A DNA stretch of 63,944 bases, filler included, from Octopus bimaculoides (GCF_001194135.2; 8 parts of 8 records of this genome joined end to end with filler, not necessarily neighbours in it); one strand, 5' to 3'; positions 40,122-54,989 are shown, numbered from the whole stretch's first letter. Notes: generated by a model from the sequence alone, not told the origin. Numbers and translations are program-made.

Positions 40122-41227
40122 GTAGTATATACATACTTATATATGGATACATCCTTGTTGGTTTGATGTATGTGCACTTCAGTTGTTCAATCAATAGGAC
40201 AATATATATATATATATATATATACATATATATTAAAGAAGAGAGTAAAAATTACATTACAAAGGATATCATAAACAATTAAAAAATTGTTCATGAATAT
40301 ATCATGCTAACAAGTAAATATATAAAGAGAGATTTCATCATAATTACAATGGAGATGGTTACAAAAACCCTCACATGCTTAGAAATAGCAGTCAAAACTG
40401 CTATAAAACCACCATAATCACTCATATTTTTCTCTTCACAATAACAGTCTGTGGGCGACATGATACATAAAAGTCACAATTCAAAAAATGTTTGGTTAAT
40501 TCTCAATTATCTATTCTTTTACTTTCTTTTACTCTTTTACTTGTTTCAGTCAATGGTGGGGGGGACAAACACAGACACACAAATACATACATATGTGTGT
40601 GTGTGTACGATGGGCTTCTTTCAGTTTCCATCTACTAAATTCACTCACAAGGCTTTGGTTGGCCCAAAGCTATAGTAGAAGACACTTGCCCGAGGTGCCA
40701 TGCAGTGGGACTGAACCCAGAACTATATGGTTGGGAAGCAAGCTTCTTACTACACAGCCACTCCTGCTCATTAAATACTGATTTCAAATTTTGGCACAAG
40801 GCCAGCAATTTTAGGGAAGGGAATAAGTTGATTACATCAACTTCCAGTGCTCAACTGGTACTTATTCTAACAACTTCAAAAAGATGAAAGGCAAAGTTGA
40901 CTTTGGCAGCATTTGAACTCAGAACATAAAGATGAATGAAACGCCACTAATCATTTTGCCCAGCATGGCTATGATTCTGCCAGTTTGCCACCTAATGCTT
41001 ATTAAATATTGGTTAAGTGGCAGAATATCTTTCCTTTCCACCTTCTCTGCTTATTTCTCGTCTCTTTCCTATTTCCTTCCTTTTTTTGTTAGTTTTTGTA
41101 AGGCTAATTTCCCATATATAACTGAGAAAATGGTAGGTTACTCTTTGCCAATATACAGTGCTGTGAGACCAAGTTTGAAAACTCATGGACTGGACTCCTT
41201 AACTACTTAAGCAAAATACACACAGAC

Positions 41228-41510
41228 ATGCATGCATGCACACATACATGCATGCATGCACACATACATGCATGCATGCACACATACATGCATGCATGCA
41301 CACATACATGCATGCATACACACATACATGCATGCACACATACATGCATGCATGCACACATACATGCATGCATGCACAATACATGCATGCATGCACACAT
41401 ACATGCATGCATACACACATACATCCATGCATGTACACATGCATGCATGCACACATGCATGCATGCACACATGCATGCATGCATGCACACATACATGCAT
41501 GCACACACAT
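41228..41510. repeat. Minisatellite, 20-bp unit CATGCATGCACACATACATG with 16-bp variants
   Basis: About 14 visible units; source of periodic HACM/MHAC ORFs. Confidence 0.9.
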
Positions 41511-41548
41511 GTGAATGCACACTCAGATACATGCATACACAGACACAA

Positions 41549-41587
<39 letters not shown>

Positions 41588-41760
41588 CAGATACACACAT
41601 ACACACATACATGTATGCTGATATGTATATATGCATCTCATTCACTTACTCTCAATCTCTCTGTCCCTTTCTTCTTCCTCTCTCTCTCTGTATGTTTGTG
41701 TGCGTGTGTGTGTGTGCATGTATGTGTGTATATAAGTGAAGGTGTGGGGAGTGTGCATAA

Positions 41761-41813
<53 letters not shown>

Positions 41814-42399
41814 GNNNNNNNNNNAGAGAGAGAGAGAGAGAGATGGAGAGACAGAGAAACAGAGAATAAAAAGACAAAGTATGTTCAATTCATCGTGAAA
41901 ATTAATTTCGACTCTAAGAGAAGTGGAAAAAGTTAATTAACACATTTAGCATTTAAACCAACAATATCTATCCAAAATATTCAACCTGTTTATGTTTAAG
42001 CTGGCCAGATGTGGTCTCTCACACCTACTCTACAATGTCATTCTAAAAATTAACAGTTACCTCATCAAATCTTATAGGTACAAGATAATTCATGGTGGAT
42101 TCAAACAAATGTGAATAAGCATTGTAATAGTCAGAATAATGTGAATGCTACAGAATTAAAACATTTTGAATTTTGTCTCCCTTTACAATATGGAACAAAA
42201 AGATCACAGTGGCATGCAACTTGAATTATGCAACTTGAATTATGAAACAAACTCTCAGTTTTGATTTAAAAAAAACATATCCTCTTCAACATGCATTGAG
42301 CACTCCTTTCTCATTCACTTGGCATTACGCAATGTACATAAATACATAACTGTATATCAATGGCGTGTGGTAATTTTGAGGTTGGTCATGCAATGAATA

Positions 42400-42542
42400 T
42401 GAGTGTTGATTGAAAAGTTTATAGGCTGACCAAAATTCTCTCATGGAATGTGACCAAATGAGGTTTATTTTTCAACATAGACCCCCACCTGCAGTCCACA
42501 CACTTCTTCCATTGGTGTTGCAGTGCTTGGATCCCATTGGTG
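42400..42542 (-). mobile_element. mariner 3' end (transposase C-terminus plus TIR)
   Basis: Minus translation GIQALQHQWKKCVD followed by TIR GTCAGCCTATAAACTTTTCAATCAACACTCA|TA. Confidence 0.75.
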
Positions 42543-42544
42543 AA

Positions 42545-42655
42545 GATGTAGGCTCGAAACGTTAAAGACTTTCTCAATTCCCGAGCATTATACTAATACA
42601 TCTATTTGTTTTCAACACCACCTGTCTTCGTCTGTTGATTTTTTGTGAATTCTCC
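42545..42655 (+). mobile_element. Penelope-like terminal repeat fragment
   Basis: TGAAGATGTAGGCTCGAAACGTTAAAGACTTTCTC; reverse-complement homologue of 27635-27760. Confidence 0.6.
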
Positions 42656-44739
42656 CTATATATACATCATCATCATCGTCATCATCATCATCGTTTAACG
42701 TCTGTTTTCCATACTGGCATGGGATGGACAGTTTGACTGAGGTCTGGAAAACCAGTGGCATGTAAAAAGCACCCACTACACTCACGGAGTGGTTGGCATT
42801 AGGAAGGGCATCCGGCTGTAGAAACACTGCCAGATCAGACAGGAGCCTGGTGCAGCCTCCTGGCTTCCCAGACCCCGGTCGAACTGTCCAACTCATGCTA
42901 GTATGGAAAACGGACGTTAAACGATGATGACGATGATGACGATGATATATNNNNNNNNNNNNNNNNNNNNNNNNNNNNNATATATATATATATATACATA
43001 TATATATATCTGTATATAAGTATATATACATATGTATATATACTTCTCATATCATAACTCATAGTTTTATGTCTCAGTTCCTCAGATAAAATATGGTGAG
43101 TGGTAAGAGAAATCCTTTATTTTGAATATATAAAGTAACTAGGAAAATAATTGAGCTTCCAATTGAGTGCAGAAATATTATAGAAAAGCTAAAGAAATTA
43201 TAAAAAATAAAATACCAAAGTAGTTATAAAACCCAAGATATAAATGAAATTTAAGAAGCTGGTATGATAATGAATGATAAAATAATGAGAAAGCTTAGTT
43301 ATAAAAGATAAAAGATTATGAGGAGCAATAAGTTTAGGAGACTTCTGCACAATTATAACTAAAACCGAAAGACAAACAATGGTTTTTTGTTTTCATTGAC
43401 CCAAATAGAATTAGTAATATAGAGTCATCATTCAACTCTACTTCAGTGTAATACACCAAACAATTGATGAAAAAGATATTATTAGATAGTCATTTAGATG
43501 AATGTCTACAGTCAGGACCGACCTTAAGAGGTGCAGGGCCCAAGTGGGTAAAAATTTGGTGAGCCCCAGGTTCCCAGTCAACACGCACTAAGCTCTATAG
43601 AATCATAACAACATAAAAAATATAAAAATCCAGCTGTTGAAACTATGCTACTGTGCGGTACCACATAAAAGCACTCAGTCCCTGCTGTAAAGTGGTGGTG
43701 TTAGGATGGGCATCCAGTCACAAAAATCATGCCAAACCAGAAGGGTGCCAGACGTAGCCCCTGGCTTGTTGGCCCCTGTCAAACTGTCCAACCCATGCCA
43801 GCATGGAAAATGGACGTTAAATGATGATGATGATACTATGCATATATATACATACAAATATTATGTATATATTTATATATGTGAGTATATATATATATAG
43901 GTATCTATATATGTGTGTGTGGTAACTTCCTGGAACATGGATAATTTGTAGATAAAACTTTCTACATATACATCTCACATGGTGTAGATTATGATTATAT
44001 CAGAATTTGTTGTGTAAAGCATTTTTCTCTCTCTTTTAAATAAACTCAAAGGTAGCAAGTCCTTAACGTGGGTGTTTAGTATGCTAGAAATAGCAGTTAT
44101 TAGGCATAAAAAACAGCCACTATTCATATGCTGCAAAGGGGAAAAAAGGTGGGGCTTAGATGAATTGATAGCACACGGAAAAAATACAAGGGAAAAATAA
44201 TAACTCTGGGAAAAATAATAACTTTGAGGTAAGGGGGTGATTCCGAGCCCCCTGCCCCTCCGATTTTGGTGGGAAAAGTCATTTGCGGTATATTAGGAGA
44301 TAAAATTAGTTGATAGTACATGAAAAAGAAAAACAAGGAAAAGACATTATTTCTCACCAAAATTGAGTTGGGTGTTGTTAAACTATAAATTTAAACTATA
44401 TCTAAACTACATTCTGGCAAAATCGGAAAGAAATTTACCAAGATCCCAAAGAAACTTTTATTTGTTGCATGTTGTTGCTAAAAGAGATATACATACAATG
44501 CAAATTAATAATAATTATTAATTAGAATTTTTCGGAAGCTGGTTACATACTTACCGATTATTTTTTTTTTTTTTTTCTATAAGCTCTGTTGTAAGACACA
44601 GTCCTGTATGTGTGGCAAGAACTTTGTTTCTTAGCTATATGTTTCTGGATTTAAGGTTAGGGTTAGCACCAGTGTGTGACACCAAATGTCTCCTACCATA
44701 GCCGTGTGTGTGTGTGTATGTGTAGCTGTATGTGTGTGG

Positions 44740-44777
<38 letters not shown>

Positions 44778-45515
44778 CTGCATGTTTGTGCTTGTCCAAA
44801 ACTTGAATGGGTGCCATTGCAAAGAGATTTTTTCTTTAGAACAAGAGACAAGAAATTTTATCTCACCTCCCCCATCTTTCTCTCTCCCACTATACACACA
44901 CACACATAAATGTGCACACGTGTGTGTATGTATACAATTCCCCACAAAATAAAAATACATATGCATACAATCATACACATAACTGCAAAGACCTCAACCA
45001 AACCACTATCAAAAACAATTGAACATTTAACCCTTAACCATTGTAGCCAAAATGCTGAGTACTGAATTCTTTTACACATGCATTTAGCCTTTTGCTTTTA
45101 TCATTTTTCTTTCTTTAATAGATACATACACACACACACATATATATATGNNNNNNNNNNNNNNNNNNNNNNNNNNNNNNNNNNNNNNNNNNNNNNNNNN
45201 NNNNNNNNNNNNNNNNNNNNNNNNNNNNNNNNNNNNNNNNNNNNNNNNNNNNNNNNNNNNNNNNNNNNNNNNNNNNNNNNCAAACAAAAATATATATATA
45301 TATATATTAATATAAATAATATATATATGCATATATCCACACGGGCTAAGGGAGCTTCGTCGTGGGTTCTGGGTTCTATCAGCATAGAAATTCCAATACG
45401 AATTGGGATGAAGTTGGGAAGTGAACTTGGTTATATGTTTGGGGTCGCATACGAGTCGAAGAGGTGGAAGTGGGGGAAGAGAGTAGTGATTTAGAGAGAG
45501 AGGGATAGAGATAGA

Positions 45516-45554
<39 letters not shown>

Positions 45555-48500
45555 CACAGAATTGTATTTGACAAGTTCAAAAGATGAATGAAAGCGTTAA
45601 TATGAAAATGAAGATATAATAAATAAATAAATAAATAGTTTTTTCCAAAATTCTGACGACTTTTTTCAATATTCAATTCTGTACATCACACCTAACACTC
45701 TACATATATGTGTGCGTGTGTGTGTGTGTGTGTATGTGGGTGTGTGTGTGTGTGTGTATGTATGTGTGTATGTATGTGTGTGTATATATATATATATATA
45801 TAAAATGCACTTTATTGAAATAAAAATGTTTCCCCAAAATTAAACATATTTATAGAAACTGACACACACAAACATATGCACACATATATACATACAATTC
45901 ACCCATGTACATACTCACAAAGACACACAAATATTTTACCCAAACATCCCCATAAACACTCCCATACATACATATTGACCCTTACACTAAAAATACAATA
46001 AATTTTTTCAAATTCAGTGGTTGACCCAAGCAGTTTTGGATGAATGGGTTTATCTTTTGATATTTTGTGTTGCTAAAGTGTAGAAAGTATGTTTTCTTCT
46101 TTTTTTTTTTTTTTTTNNNNNNNNNNTTTTTTTTTTTTTTTTTTTTCAAAGACCTCATAGATTTTTTTAGAATACTTCATGGAGACCACCCTTATGAAAT
46201 ATCACAGTATAGAATGTGGTCTTCTTGAGCACAGAGCCTGATTGAGAGCAATTGGTCCAATCAGCTTAAGGCCAGCTCTGTCTACAGTTGTGGTTGTGTG
46301 TAGGAACAGAGATGCCATTGGAATTGAGTTGAACAAGTTTCCAAAGTTTTTGCAAGAATAAAATTCTTTGAAGAAATTTCTTTTAAAAATCTTGTAAATT
46401 TTCCCTTCTCTCTATCAAAGTATGCATGAGCACTTTCACACACACGTATACCCACAGCCTAACTTCTGCCTACCAAATTCACTCATGAGGCTTTGGTTGG
46501 CCTGAGGCTGTAGTAAAAGATACTTGCTGAAGGTGCTATGCAATGGGATTGAACCTGAAGCCATATGGTTGGGAAGCAAGCTTCTTTACCACATAGTCAT
46601 GCCCATACATTTAATAAATGTCCAAAATACAACTATTTAATGGGAAAAATAACTAATCTTTTTTTTAACCACAATGTTTGAAATAGCCAGTACTTATTTT
46701 CAATTTTTGTAGGGTTAACTAAAAAACAAGCACATCTCACCCTAGATAGGACATTGGGTTATTACAACTTTTCCAACAGGAGAAACTAATAAACTTATGA
46801 AATCAATGGTGCTTCCACTAATTGAATTGAAGAATTGTTCCTATCTCCTATCTTGTCATATCTATTTACAACCATTTGAGTATTATGTGTCGGGACCACA
46901 GATTCAACTCAGTATTTAAAACAAGATACAAACCACCATTCTGTCAGCTAGTTGCTATTGTTGTTTAGCACCAAATCATCCATGGCTGAGTGTCTGTTCA
47001 AAGGTTTTCCATGCACTAACATGCTTCTCTGTTTTCAGACAGTATATGTAAGAGTACATTATTTGAGGTGTCTTCCCATCTTTAATAAAAGACAATGAGG
47101 TATGATTAGAGAGAGATATGATTGTTATTCCAAGTAGATTGAGTATCAACATAAAGGTCCCTATTGTCTGCTAACCTATCCAATCAGTCATCCACATACT
47201 CATATTTAGAGAATTTTTATGCATATGTTGATCCCCTATTTTCTTCTTATCAGTCTATCTTGTGTTTTGAACAGCTGATTTTTTTATCACCTTCATAAAA
47301 TTTGGAATAGGATTTTATTTTTATACAAGATTTCAACACACTTATTCAATATACTCCACTGATCTGTGGAACAAATGTATGTAAACTAGATTTTCAATTA
47401 AGCTATCTTTGGTCCTTGAGCTGTTGTTATTGTTGTTTAGCTCTATATCAGTCCAGATTAAACAGAGCTGTGATTAAAAACATTCCAAACATTCTGTCAT
47501 TTATTCAGACAAAATGCCTCCAGGAACTTCTGGTTATTTATTCAGAAATGCAGATCAGATGTCAAAATCAAAAACAACCCACAATGTACTTAGGTTAACA
47601 CTACTTAATGTGACATTCAACTTCTAAGCAGTAGAATATGATTTGAGGACAATGTAGCTGCTTTTTCTATGGAGTTGAGCAAAAACTCTCTTTGTATTCA
47701 AGCAATTGAACATTCTCAACTTACTATCCAATCATGATGGAGATCCATATTAAAGTTTATGACTCACTCTGGACAATTTACGTTGGAAAACATTATACAG
47801 GATGCCTCCACTCAAGGACAATTTAGATATGACAAATGCGGTCACAACTGCATGACATTATTAACTATTTTAACACATTATCACTTAAATTGTTTAAGAT
47901 AAAAACTGATAATTTAATCAAGTCAACACACCTACCTCTCCTTTCTCTAATAAGTTTACTACCACCACAGCTTCAACAACTACAACAATATTGAAATTTT
48001 GTTCATTTTCCTCATACTCCACAGATGTAAAATAAAATAAAGAAAAATGAGACATTAAGAATAAAACACTGAAGTATCTTACCTTAGAAATATTTTCTGT
48101 AAATAATTCCAATTGTGTTCCATTACAGTTTTAATTCCCATTGCTTTGTCTTGCTTTTTTTTTTTTCACTAGCCTAATGTAGTTTAGCCAAGTTCTTGTG
48201 ATGGTTCTCATATAAACAGCTACACATTGCAAAGAATGAAAGTGGTTAGACTTTAATATTCATGTTTCATTCTAATATCTAGTTATCTTGTAATCAATAA
48301 TTGTTTTTAACATTACACATACACAGTAGCTTTTATATTATGCTATATATACAATGACATTTTGCAACATCATGTATGTATATGACAATAGTTATGATGT
48401 TGAGCATTAATGGCAGCTATTATGCTGTACATATATAATAATGACATTTATAATATTCCACTTGTAACAGAGAATTATGTGTACACATAAAACTGTTTTA

Positions 48501-48980
48501 GACCATCTCTCAGGAAAATATTCTCTATAGATTTGCTTTAAATCTCAACATTGCTGTATCAGAATCAGTATATATTGGCAAACTACTGGATTACAAATTC
48601 AAATCTTATGCATTTCACAAGCATCATATAAATACTAGCAACTTCAAATAGAAAAGCTTCAGAAGAGTGATCTTCAGACATTGTTGGAACTAGAGGCTCT
48701 ATCATAAATTTTTAAAGTGAAACTTTGCTCTCAATGAGCAGCATTTCTCCGTTATCAGAGATCACACACAGGATGCCACTTTTATGGACAAGGGCAATTT
48801 CTTTTTTTTTAGACATGCAGAAAATAACTTCAATCAGTATGTATTCTATATATTATCTAAGTGGAAACAACTTGGAAATAAGCAAGAGTTGTCTCCTTTA
48901 AAGCTAATTTTTATTTACTTATTTATTTTTTAATAAGTGGATTGAATTAGTATATATTAGAGATGAGTAAGCCTCTACAC

Positions 48981-49303
48981 CAGGCCTGGCCAACTCGAAT
49001 TACATTGCAGGCCACTTTAATCATAGAAAGTTTTTCGAGGGCTGCTTTTATACTGACTGAATTGAAAGCATTTTGCTTTCTCATGCTATTATTACAATAA
49101 TGAGTGAATGGTCATTGATTCAACATGAAATATTGAAAAAACAGTAGTATCTTTCTTCTTTACTTTTCATTACAATCTTTAATTTTTGATAAAATTTTTA
49201 AAATGTTTATTTAAATAAACCCATTTCAAGAAAGTGTCAAGCTAGCCACAAGATAAGTCTGTGGGCCGCATGCGGCCCACGGGCCTCAGGTTTGCCAGCC
49301 CTG
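48981..49303. mobile_element. hAT (Charlie-type) MITE, 323 bp
   Basis: TIRs CAGGCCTGGCCAAC / CAGGGCTGGCAAAC; subterminal GTGGGCCGCATGCGGCCCAC palindrome; degenerate 8-bp TSD CTCTACAC / TTCTACAT. Confidence 0.8.
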
Positions 49304-49369
49304 TTCTACATAATTGTTTGACCTGCTAAAAGTAGCAACCAAATCTCCATCCTATTATACCCTTCTGTC

Positions 49370-50065
49370 TGTAGTGACGCTTGGTTCCAGTCACCATTTT
49401 GGGATTTTCATTCCCGCATGTGCAGGAATTAGAGCCTTCTAGAAGGCCTGCCAGAAGCCCCTTGTGCACATGAGCAGTCATCAGCAGCCGCTAGGCTTGA
49501 CCGCCATCCTCTCTCTTTGTCCCTGCTGCTGACCTAGATGCATGCAATCTTGACCAGCTCCATGTAGCGGGAGATCTGAAGGTGTCACACGGCATTGGCT
49601 AACCTGTGGAGAATGCCTTCACAATTATGATTAAACTGACTCTGCTGCCTCCACACCAAGGCGATCTGGCTACTGATTGTCCCAAGATGTAACACTTGTA
49701 CAGACAGAGAATAAATATTGTTATTTGTTCAGATATTCTTGTTCCGCTATTTTTCCTTCCACATTTATGTAAGGAATTGTGTGGCACCCATCCAGTGCCA
49801 ACATTACTTCCTACAATTGGTGACCCCCCGATGAAGGACATTAACAGCCAAGATTCTAACTAGCGCCCGTTTTCACAATGGTGAAAGGAAAAAGGGAGCT
49901 TTTCCACTAACGCCAAATTCACACGTCTGTCTATGCTCGCATTATTTCTTCATTCCGACATCAAGCTGCAACAATTTGGACAGAAAAACATAGACCAACG
50001 CCGACACCACGTGCTAATAATCAGGGTTGTGGAGCCATCTTTCCTCAACCACATGCTTCTACAGG
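49370..50065 (+). mobile_element. Gypsy-type 5' LTR (49370-49815), tRNA-Trp PBS and truncated internal region
   Basis: TGTAG...CTACA inverted ends, internal AATAAA, then TGGTGACCCC at 49818-49827, complementary to the tRNA-Trp 3' end (..GGGGTCACCA). Confidence 0.8.
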
Positions 50066-51879
50066 TTTTTTTTCAGCTACTATTTTTAGCAGTGATATTA
50101 ACCTTTTGACTTTCATCTTCTAGCGAAATTTAGTTTTTCCAACTTCTCAAGAAAAAAAAAAACAATTATTAAAAAAAAATTATTATAATTTTTTCATTCA
50201 TAATTTTTTCGTTCATATTTTTATTTCTAATAAACCTTTAGTTCTGATTTTAACATTTAAGTTTCAGTTTGAACGACAACAACATTTTGATTAGTATAGT
50301 TTTTACTTTGTTTAAAGACTTTATATCATTGTTTGAAAAAAATAAGTATTCTTGTATTTTTTTATTATTCAATTGATTTTTAATGATAATTAAATAAACG
50401 TTTTTAGTCTTAAATACTCTAGCTTAAACTATTGCATCGTTTAAATATGTGCTAATATTATCTTTATTATTATTTTAACCTTAAACTTTGTTCAAATTGT
50501 ATTTTAAACGAAAAAATTTATTTAAATTGGTTTTTGTATATAATATACCTGTTAGCATATATCATAATGTTGATTATGGAATGTTTATTATTTTGATATT
50601 TTTAATAATATTTTTCTATCTTTATATAATAAGTATTTTATATAAATTCATTTGGTATTTATACATTCATTTATTATTATTATTGTTGTATTTTGACCTG
50701 AAGATTAGCTATATTTTTGAATAGAATTAATTTTCGATAGTTTTAATCGATTTTAATCGATTTAAATTTCCTTTCTATTTGAAAATTAGTTATGAAACAT
50801 GTGTAGTCTTTTTATTATCTTATCTTATGATACTTACTTTGTATTATATTATACTCATTTATTGTGCTTTTAATTATTAATTTTTCTATATGTGACAATG
50901 GATTTTCATCGATGAGTTCATGAACCTTGGTTCTTTTCCCTAAAACTATATATACATATCATCATCGTTTAACATCCGCTTTCCATGCTAGCATGGGTTG
51001 GACGATTCGACTGAGGACTGGTGAAACCAGATGACTACACCAGGCTCCAATCTGATTTGGCAGAGTTTCTACAGCTGGATACCCTTCCTAACGCCAACCA
51101 CTCAGAGAGTGTAGTGGGTGCTTTTACGTGTCACCTGCACGAAGGCCAGTCAGGCGATACTGGTAATGNNNNNNNNNNNNNNNNNNNNNNNNNNNNNNNN
51201 NNNNNNNNNNNNNNNNNNNNNNNNNNNNNNNNNNNNNNNNNNNNTATATATATGCATATATACATATGTATATATACATACTTACGTCTATACGTATATA
51301 TATATGCATATGTGAGCACAGGACGTCATGAAACATGTACAACAAAAAAGTACGAAGCACGACTACATGGACCATAAACTATTCTTTCAAGCAACGAAAG
51401 ACACAAATGGAAAACAAAACAAACAACATAAAGAGCGACCCTTCATCAGTTGTTGGCTATTTTTCTAGTCTCGTATTTCAAGCATTTAACAAAATAATTC
51501 TGATGCACACTTTATACGATCTTTTTACTCTTTTGTCTTTCTCTCTCTTATTCTTTTACCTCTTCTTCTTCCACTATTCTATCCTGTTTCTCTGTCACTC
51601 TCTCTCCTTCACTCCTACTCCCTTGCTCACGTGGCTCCCATGTGACCATCGGCCATCTTTCTTTCTTTCTCTCCATTGTACCTGGAACAAGGAAGACGTG
51701 TTCTTGTCTCCTGTCCTAGCTTGATTTACGCATTTGCCACCACAACCTCATTTAGGCTTAGCAGCCCTTCCTGTTTGTTTTCATTGTCCTGTTTGTGTTA
51801 CCTATTTTGACCCTCCGCAAAATCCCAAATTTTATTTAATTTGCTTTGCGGGAGCAACTGTTTTATCAAAAGCATACAA

Positions 51880-52500
51880 CGGTAGATGACTAGGTGACTG
51901 GCAGGTTTCCTGAAGTTAGTATTGCAAACCCTAAGGTCATTTGCATCACAGAACTCCAGCAGCTTGGTTTCCTCCTCATTGCGGGAACCAAAACCATAGC
52001 CTCCATGTACGCCATGGAATCCCCTTGAATGTTGTCCAATATGTCCATTGAAGAGAAGGTCCCTGTCATTCATCAATGAGGTAGTCTGCAAGAGGGTGTC
52101 ATAAAATCGGAATTCTATCCATCGGATAGCCTCGAGATAATGGTTACTAACCCATGATGAAGGACTAATCTAATCTTAAGTATTCTATCGCATAATCTGA
52201 CTACCTTGATTACATTATCCACCCATCTTTTCTGTCAGAAGTATACCCACGCCCTCGACCCCATCTGTGTTCCCTGCCCAGAAAATCTTGTACCTGTGTT
52301 CTTTGCTTGTGAGGAACCTAGCCGAACCTCCTCTCCACCTTACTTCTTGGAGGCAGCAGATTCAACACATCTCCGTTCAAGCATCTCAACGATCTCACCA
52401 GACCTACCTTTCAGTGTGCCGACGTTGAGAGGGCCAACCCTAAGGGTGTGGGAGGTATGGGCCCGTGAGACCCTGGGAGAGGGAACAGCAGTGTCATGTA
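51880..52500 (-). mobile_element. RTE-clade LINE APE endonuclease remnant
   Basis: LRVGPLNVGTLKGRSGEIVEMLERR; FNGHIGQ..GFHGVHGGYGFGSRNEE..LLEFCDANDLRVCNTNFRKPASHLVIYR. Confidence 0.9.
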
Positions 52501-53572
52501 CCTGAAAAGAAAGCTCGTAATTTGCAGAATTCATAAACAATCAGTAGCCTTCGTTTCAACCAGCATACACTACACTATCATATTTTTGCACTATATGATC
52601 AATACCTTACATAGGAGATAAACCCTAAGTAGGGGTGGGGGGGTGAAGCCTTTAGAAGTGTTCNNNNNNNNNNNNNNNNNNNNNNNNNNNNNNNNNNNNN
52701 NNNNNNNTTAATTAATTAANNNNNNNNNNNNNNNNNNNNNNNNNNNNNNNNNNNNNNNNNNNNTGAACCCCAGTGTTTTTACTGGTACTTAATTTATTGA
52801 CCCTGAAAGGATGAAAGGTTTAAGTCGACCACAGCAGAATTTGAACTAAAAAAGTAAAGATAGACAAAATGCCACAAAACATTTTGCCTGGCATGGTAAC
52901 GGATCTGCCACATTGCCACCTTAATAATAATAATACCCCGCCCCCCAGCGTCTGGCAAAAAATAAAGCTTTTGTCAAACAGAGAGAATTTAAAGGCTAGT
53001 TTGACTTGCTAGAAATAGCAACTAACTCTCCCTTAAATCACACTCTAGAAGTGGGGGGGGGGGAATACAGGAACAGTTTTAAGTGAAACAGCATGAATCT
53101 GCTTTTGAGGTTTAAAGACTGGAACAAAAGAACAAGAAAAGCTCGTATTACAGAGGGTGATATCAAGCCAGTGATATCATACCTTATCATCACAGATGTA
53201 TGTAGTTCGTGCAACCTCTAGAATTAAGCTTAAACCCTTAATTGTGGTTGCAGAACTGTAACAAGTTTTTTGAAAAAATAATCACCCTAGGGAAACGGTG
53301 ACAGAAATAACAGACTTGCATCAACAATAATAGCTTCACTAAAGAAGACATGAATGAAACAACCGGATTCTGAACAAAAACATAATATTGGAAAGTGGTA
53401 ATAGATTTATATAACTTACATGTATCACGGTGAATATATTTAGCAGAAATATTGAGATATTTTGAAACTGTTACAGCTATCCTTGATGTATGAAATAATA
53501 ACATTTATTGTTGTCATTTATATACACATATAAGGTTATATAAATATATATTTATATTTACATAATTTAGTA

Positions 53573-53605
<33 letters not shown>

Positions 53606-53645
53606 TTTATTATATGTATTTATTTTCTCCAAGTAAAAAATAACT

Positions 53646-53751
<106 letters not shown>

Positions 53752-53777
53752 TATATATATATATATACACATATACA

Positions 53778-53878
53778 CAAGGGGTTGCTGAAAAGTTCCT
53801 GGTTTTGGGTGAAAGAAAATACAGGAGGTCCAGTTAATTATGATTTTATTCAACATATTCCCCTCTCAGATTCGCTTA
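53778..53878 (-). mobile_element. mariner 3' terminus
   Basis: Minus strand reads ..RGEYVE* then TIR ending CCAGGAACTTTTCAGCAACCCCTTG; cut by a gap. Confidence 0.6.
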
Positions 53879-54108
53879 NNNNNNNNNNNNNNNNNNNNNN
53901 NNNNNNNNNNNNNNNNNNNNNNNNNNNNNNNNNNNNNNNNNNNNNNNNNNNNNNNNNNNNNNNNNNNNNNNNNNNNNNNNNNNNNNNNNNNNNNNNNNNN
54001 NNNNNNNNNNNNNNNNNNNNNNNNNNNNNNNNNNNNNNNNNNNNNNNNNNNNNNNNNNNNNNNNNNNNNNNNNNNNNNNNNNNNNNNNNNNNNNNNNNNN
54101 NNNNNNNN

Positions 54109-54146
<38 letters not shown>

Positions 54147-54989
54147 TTTATTTATACACACACAAACATGCATCCATAGACACACATGAAGAATATTCAT
54201 CCAACCGCTATAGTATTCAGCACTCATTCATACTGTTTGATACTACCATATGTATATCAATTGTCAGTTTAGTGTTTGCTTTTCCATGCTAGCATAGGGT
54301 AAGACGGACATGTATTACTGAGGTATTGGTTTACAGCCAGGTGCCTTTCCTTTCACTAAAATTTATCTGTTTTTGAAAAGATTTTTTTTATTCTGCATAT
54401 CTTTCAAAATTTTATTGATAGGCGATAGAAAGTCATCGATTGTCACTGTCATCAGAAGTAAAGAATGTGGGCGTTAGAGCTGACACACATGTGTCATCAT
54501 TATCATTAAACATCACTTTTCTATGGTTTGTATGGTTCAGACGGAATTCTATGGGTGGGTGCTCTTTCTGCTGCCAACCCTCATCTGTTTCCAAACAAGG
54601 TAATATTTTCGCATAGCAGGACAATTTTTGCACAGAGGACTAGAAATGACCCACCACACTTGCATGGCAATGGTGCTCATTTACGACCATCAAGGCATGT
54701 CCAGATAATGGAACACACACATGATGGGCTTCTTTCAGTTTCTGTTTACCAAATCTACTCACAAAGCCTTGGTCGACCCGGGGGTAATACTAGAATATAT
54801 TTGCCCAAGGTACCACACAGTGGGACTGAACCCAAGACCACAGAGTTTGGAAACAAGCTTTTTGATTATACGGCCACGTCTACACACACACACACAACTC
54901 GATTCCATGTGGTTTTCATCTACCGGTCTTCCTCAAAAGTGATTGGTTAGCCAACCTGAGGCTACAACAGAGGACACTTACCTAAGGTG

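Noticed and set aside
41228-41510. Periodic His/Cys/Met-rich ORFs on both strands
   Set aside because: Derived from a purine-pyrimidine minisatellite; no splice or start context.
44650-44670. TTAAGGTTAGGGTTAG, telomere-like
   Set aside because: Only about two units; too short to call an interstitial telomere.
48082-48141. Minus ORF start MGIKTVMEHNWNYLQKIFL with gtaaga donor, considered as the lunapark ATG exon
   Set aside because: Wrong phase and no similarity to MGxxxSRF/W.
51310-51475. CTGATGAAGGG motif on the minus strand, hammerhead-like
   Set aside because: No GAAA after a stem II; at most a Penelope-type relic.
53238-53504. 88-aa non-repetitive minus ORF
   Set aside because: No recognisable domain, weak acceptor context, length compatible with chance.
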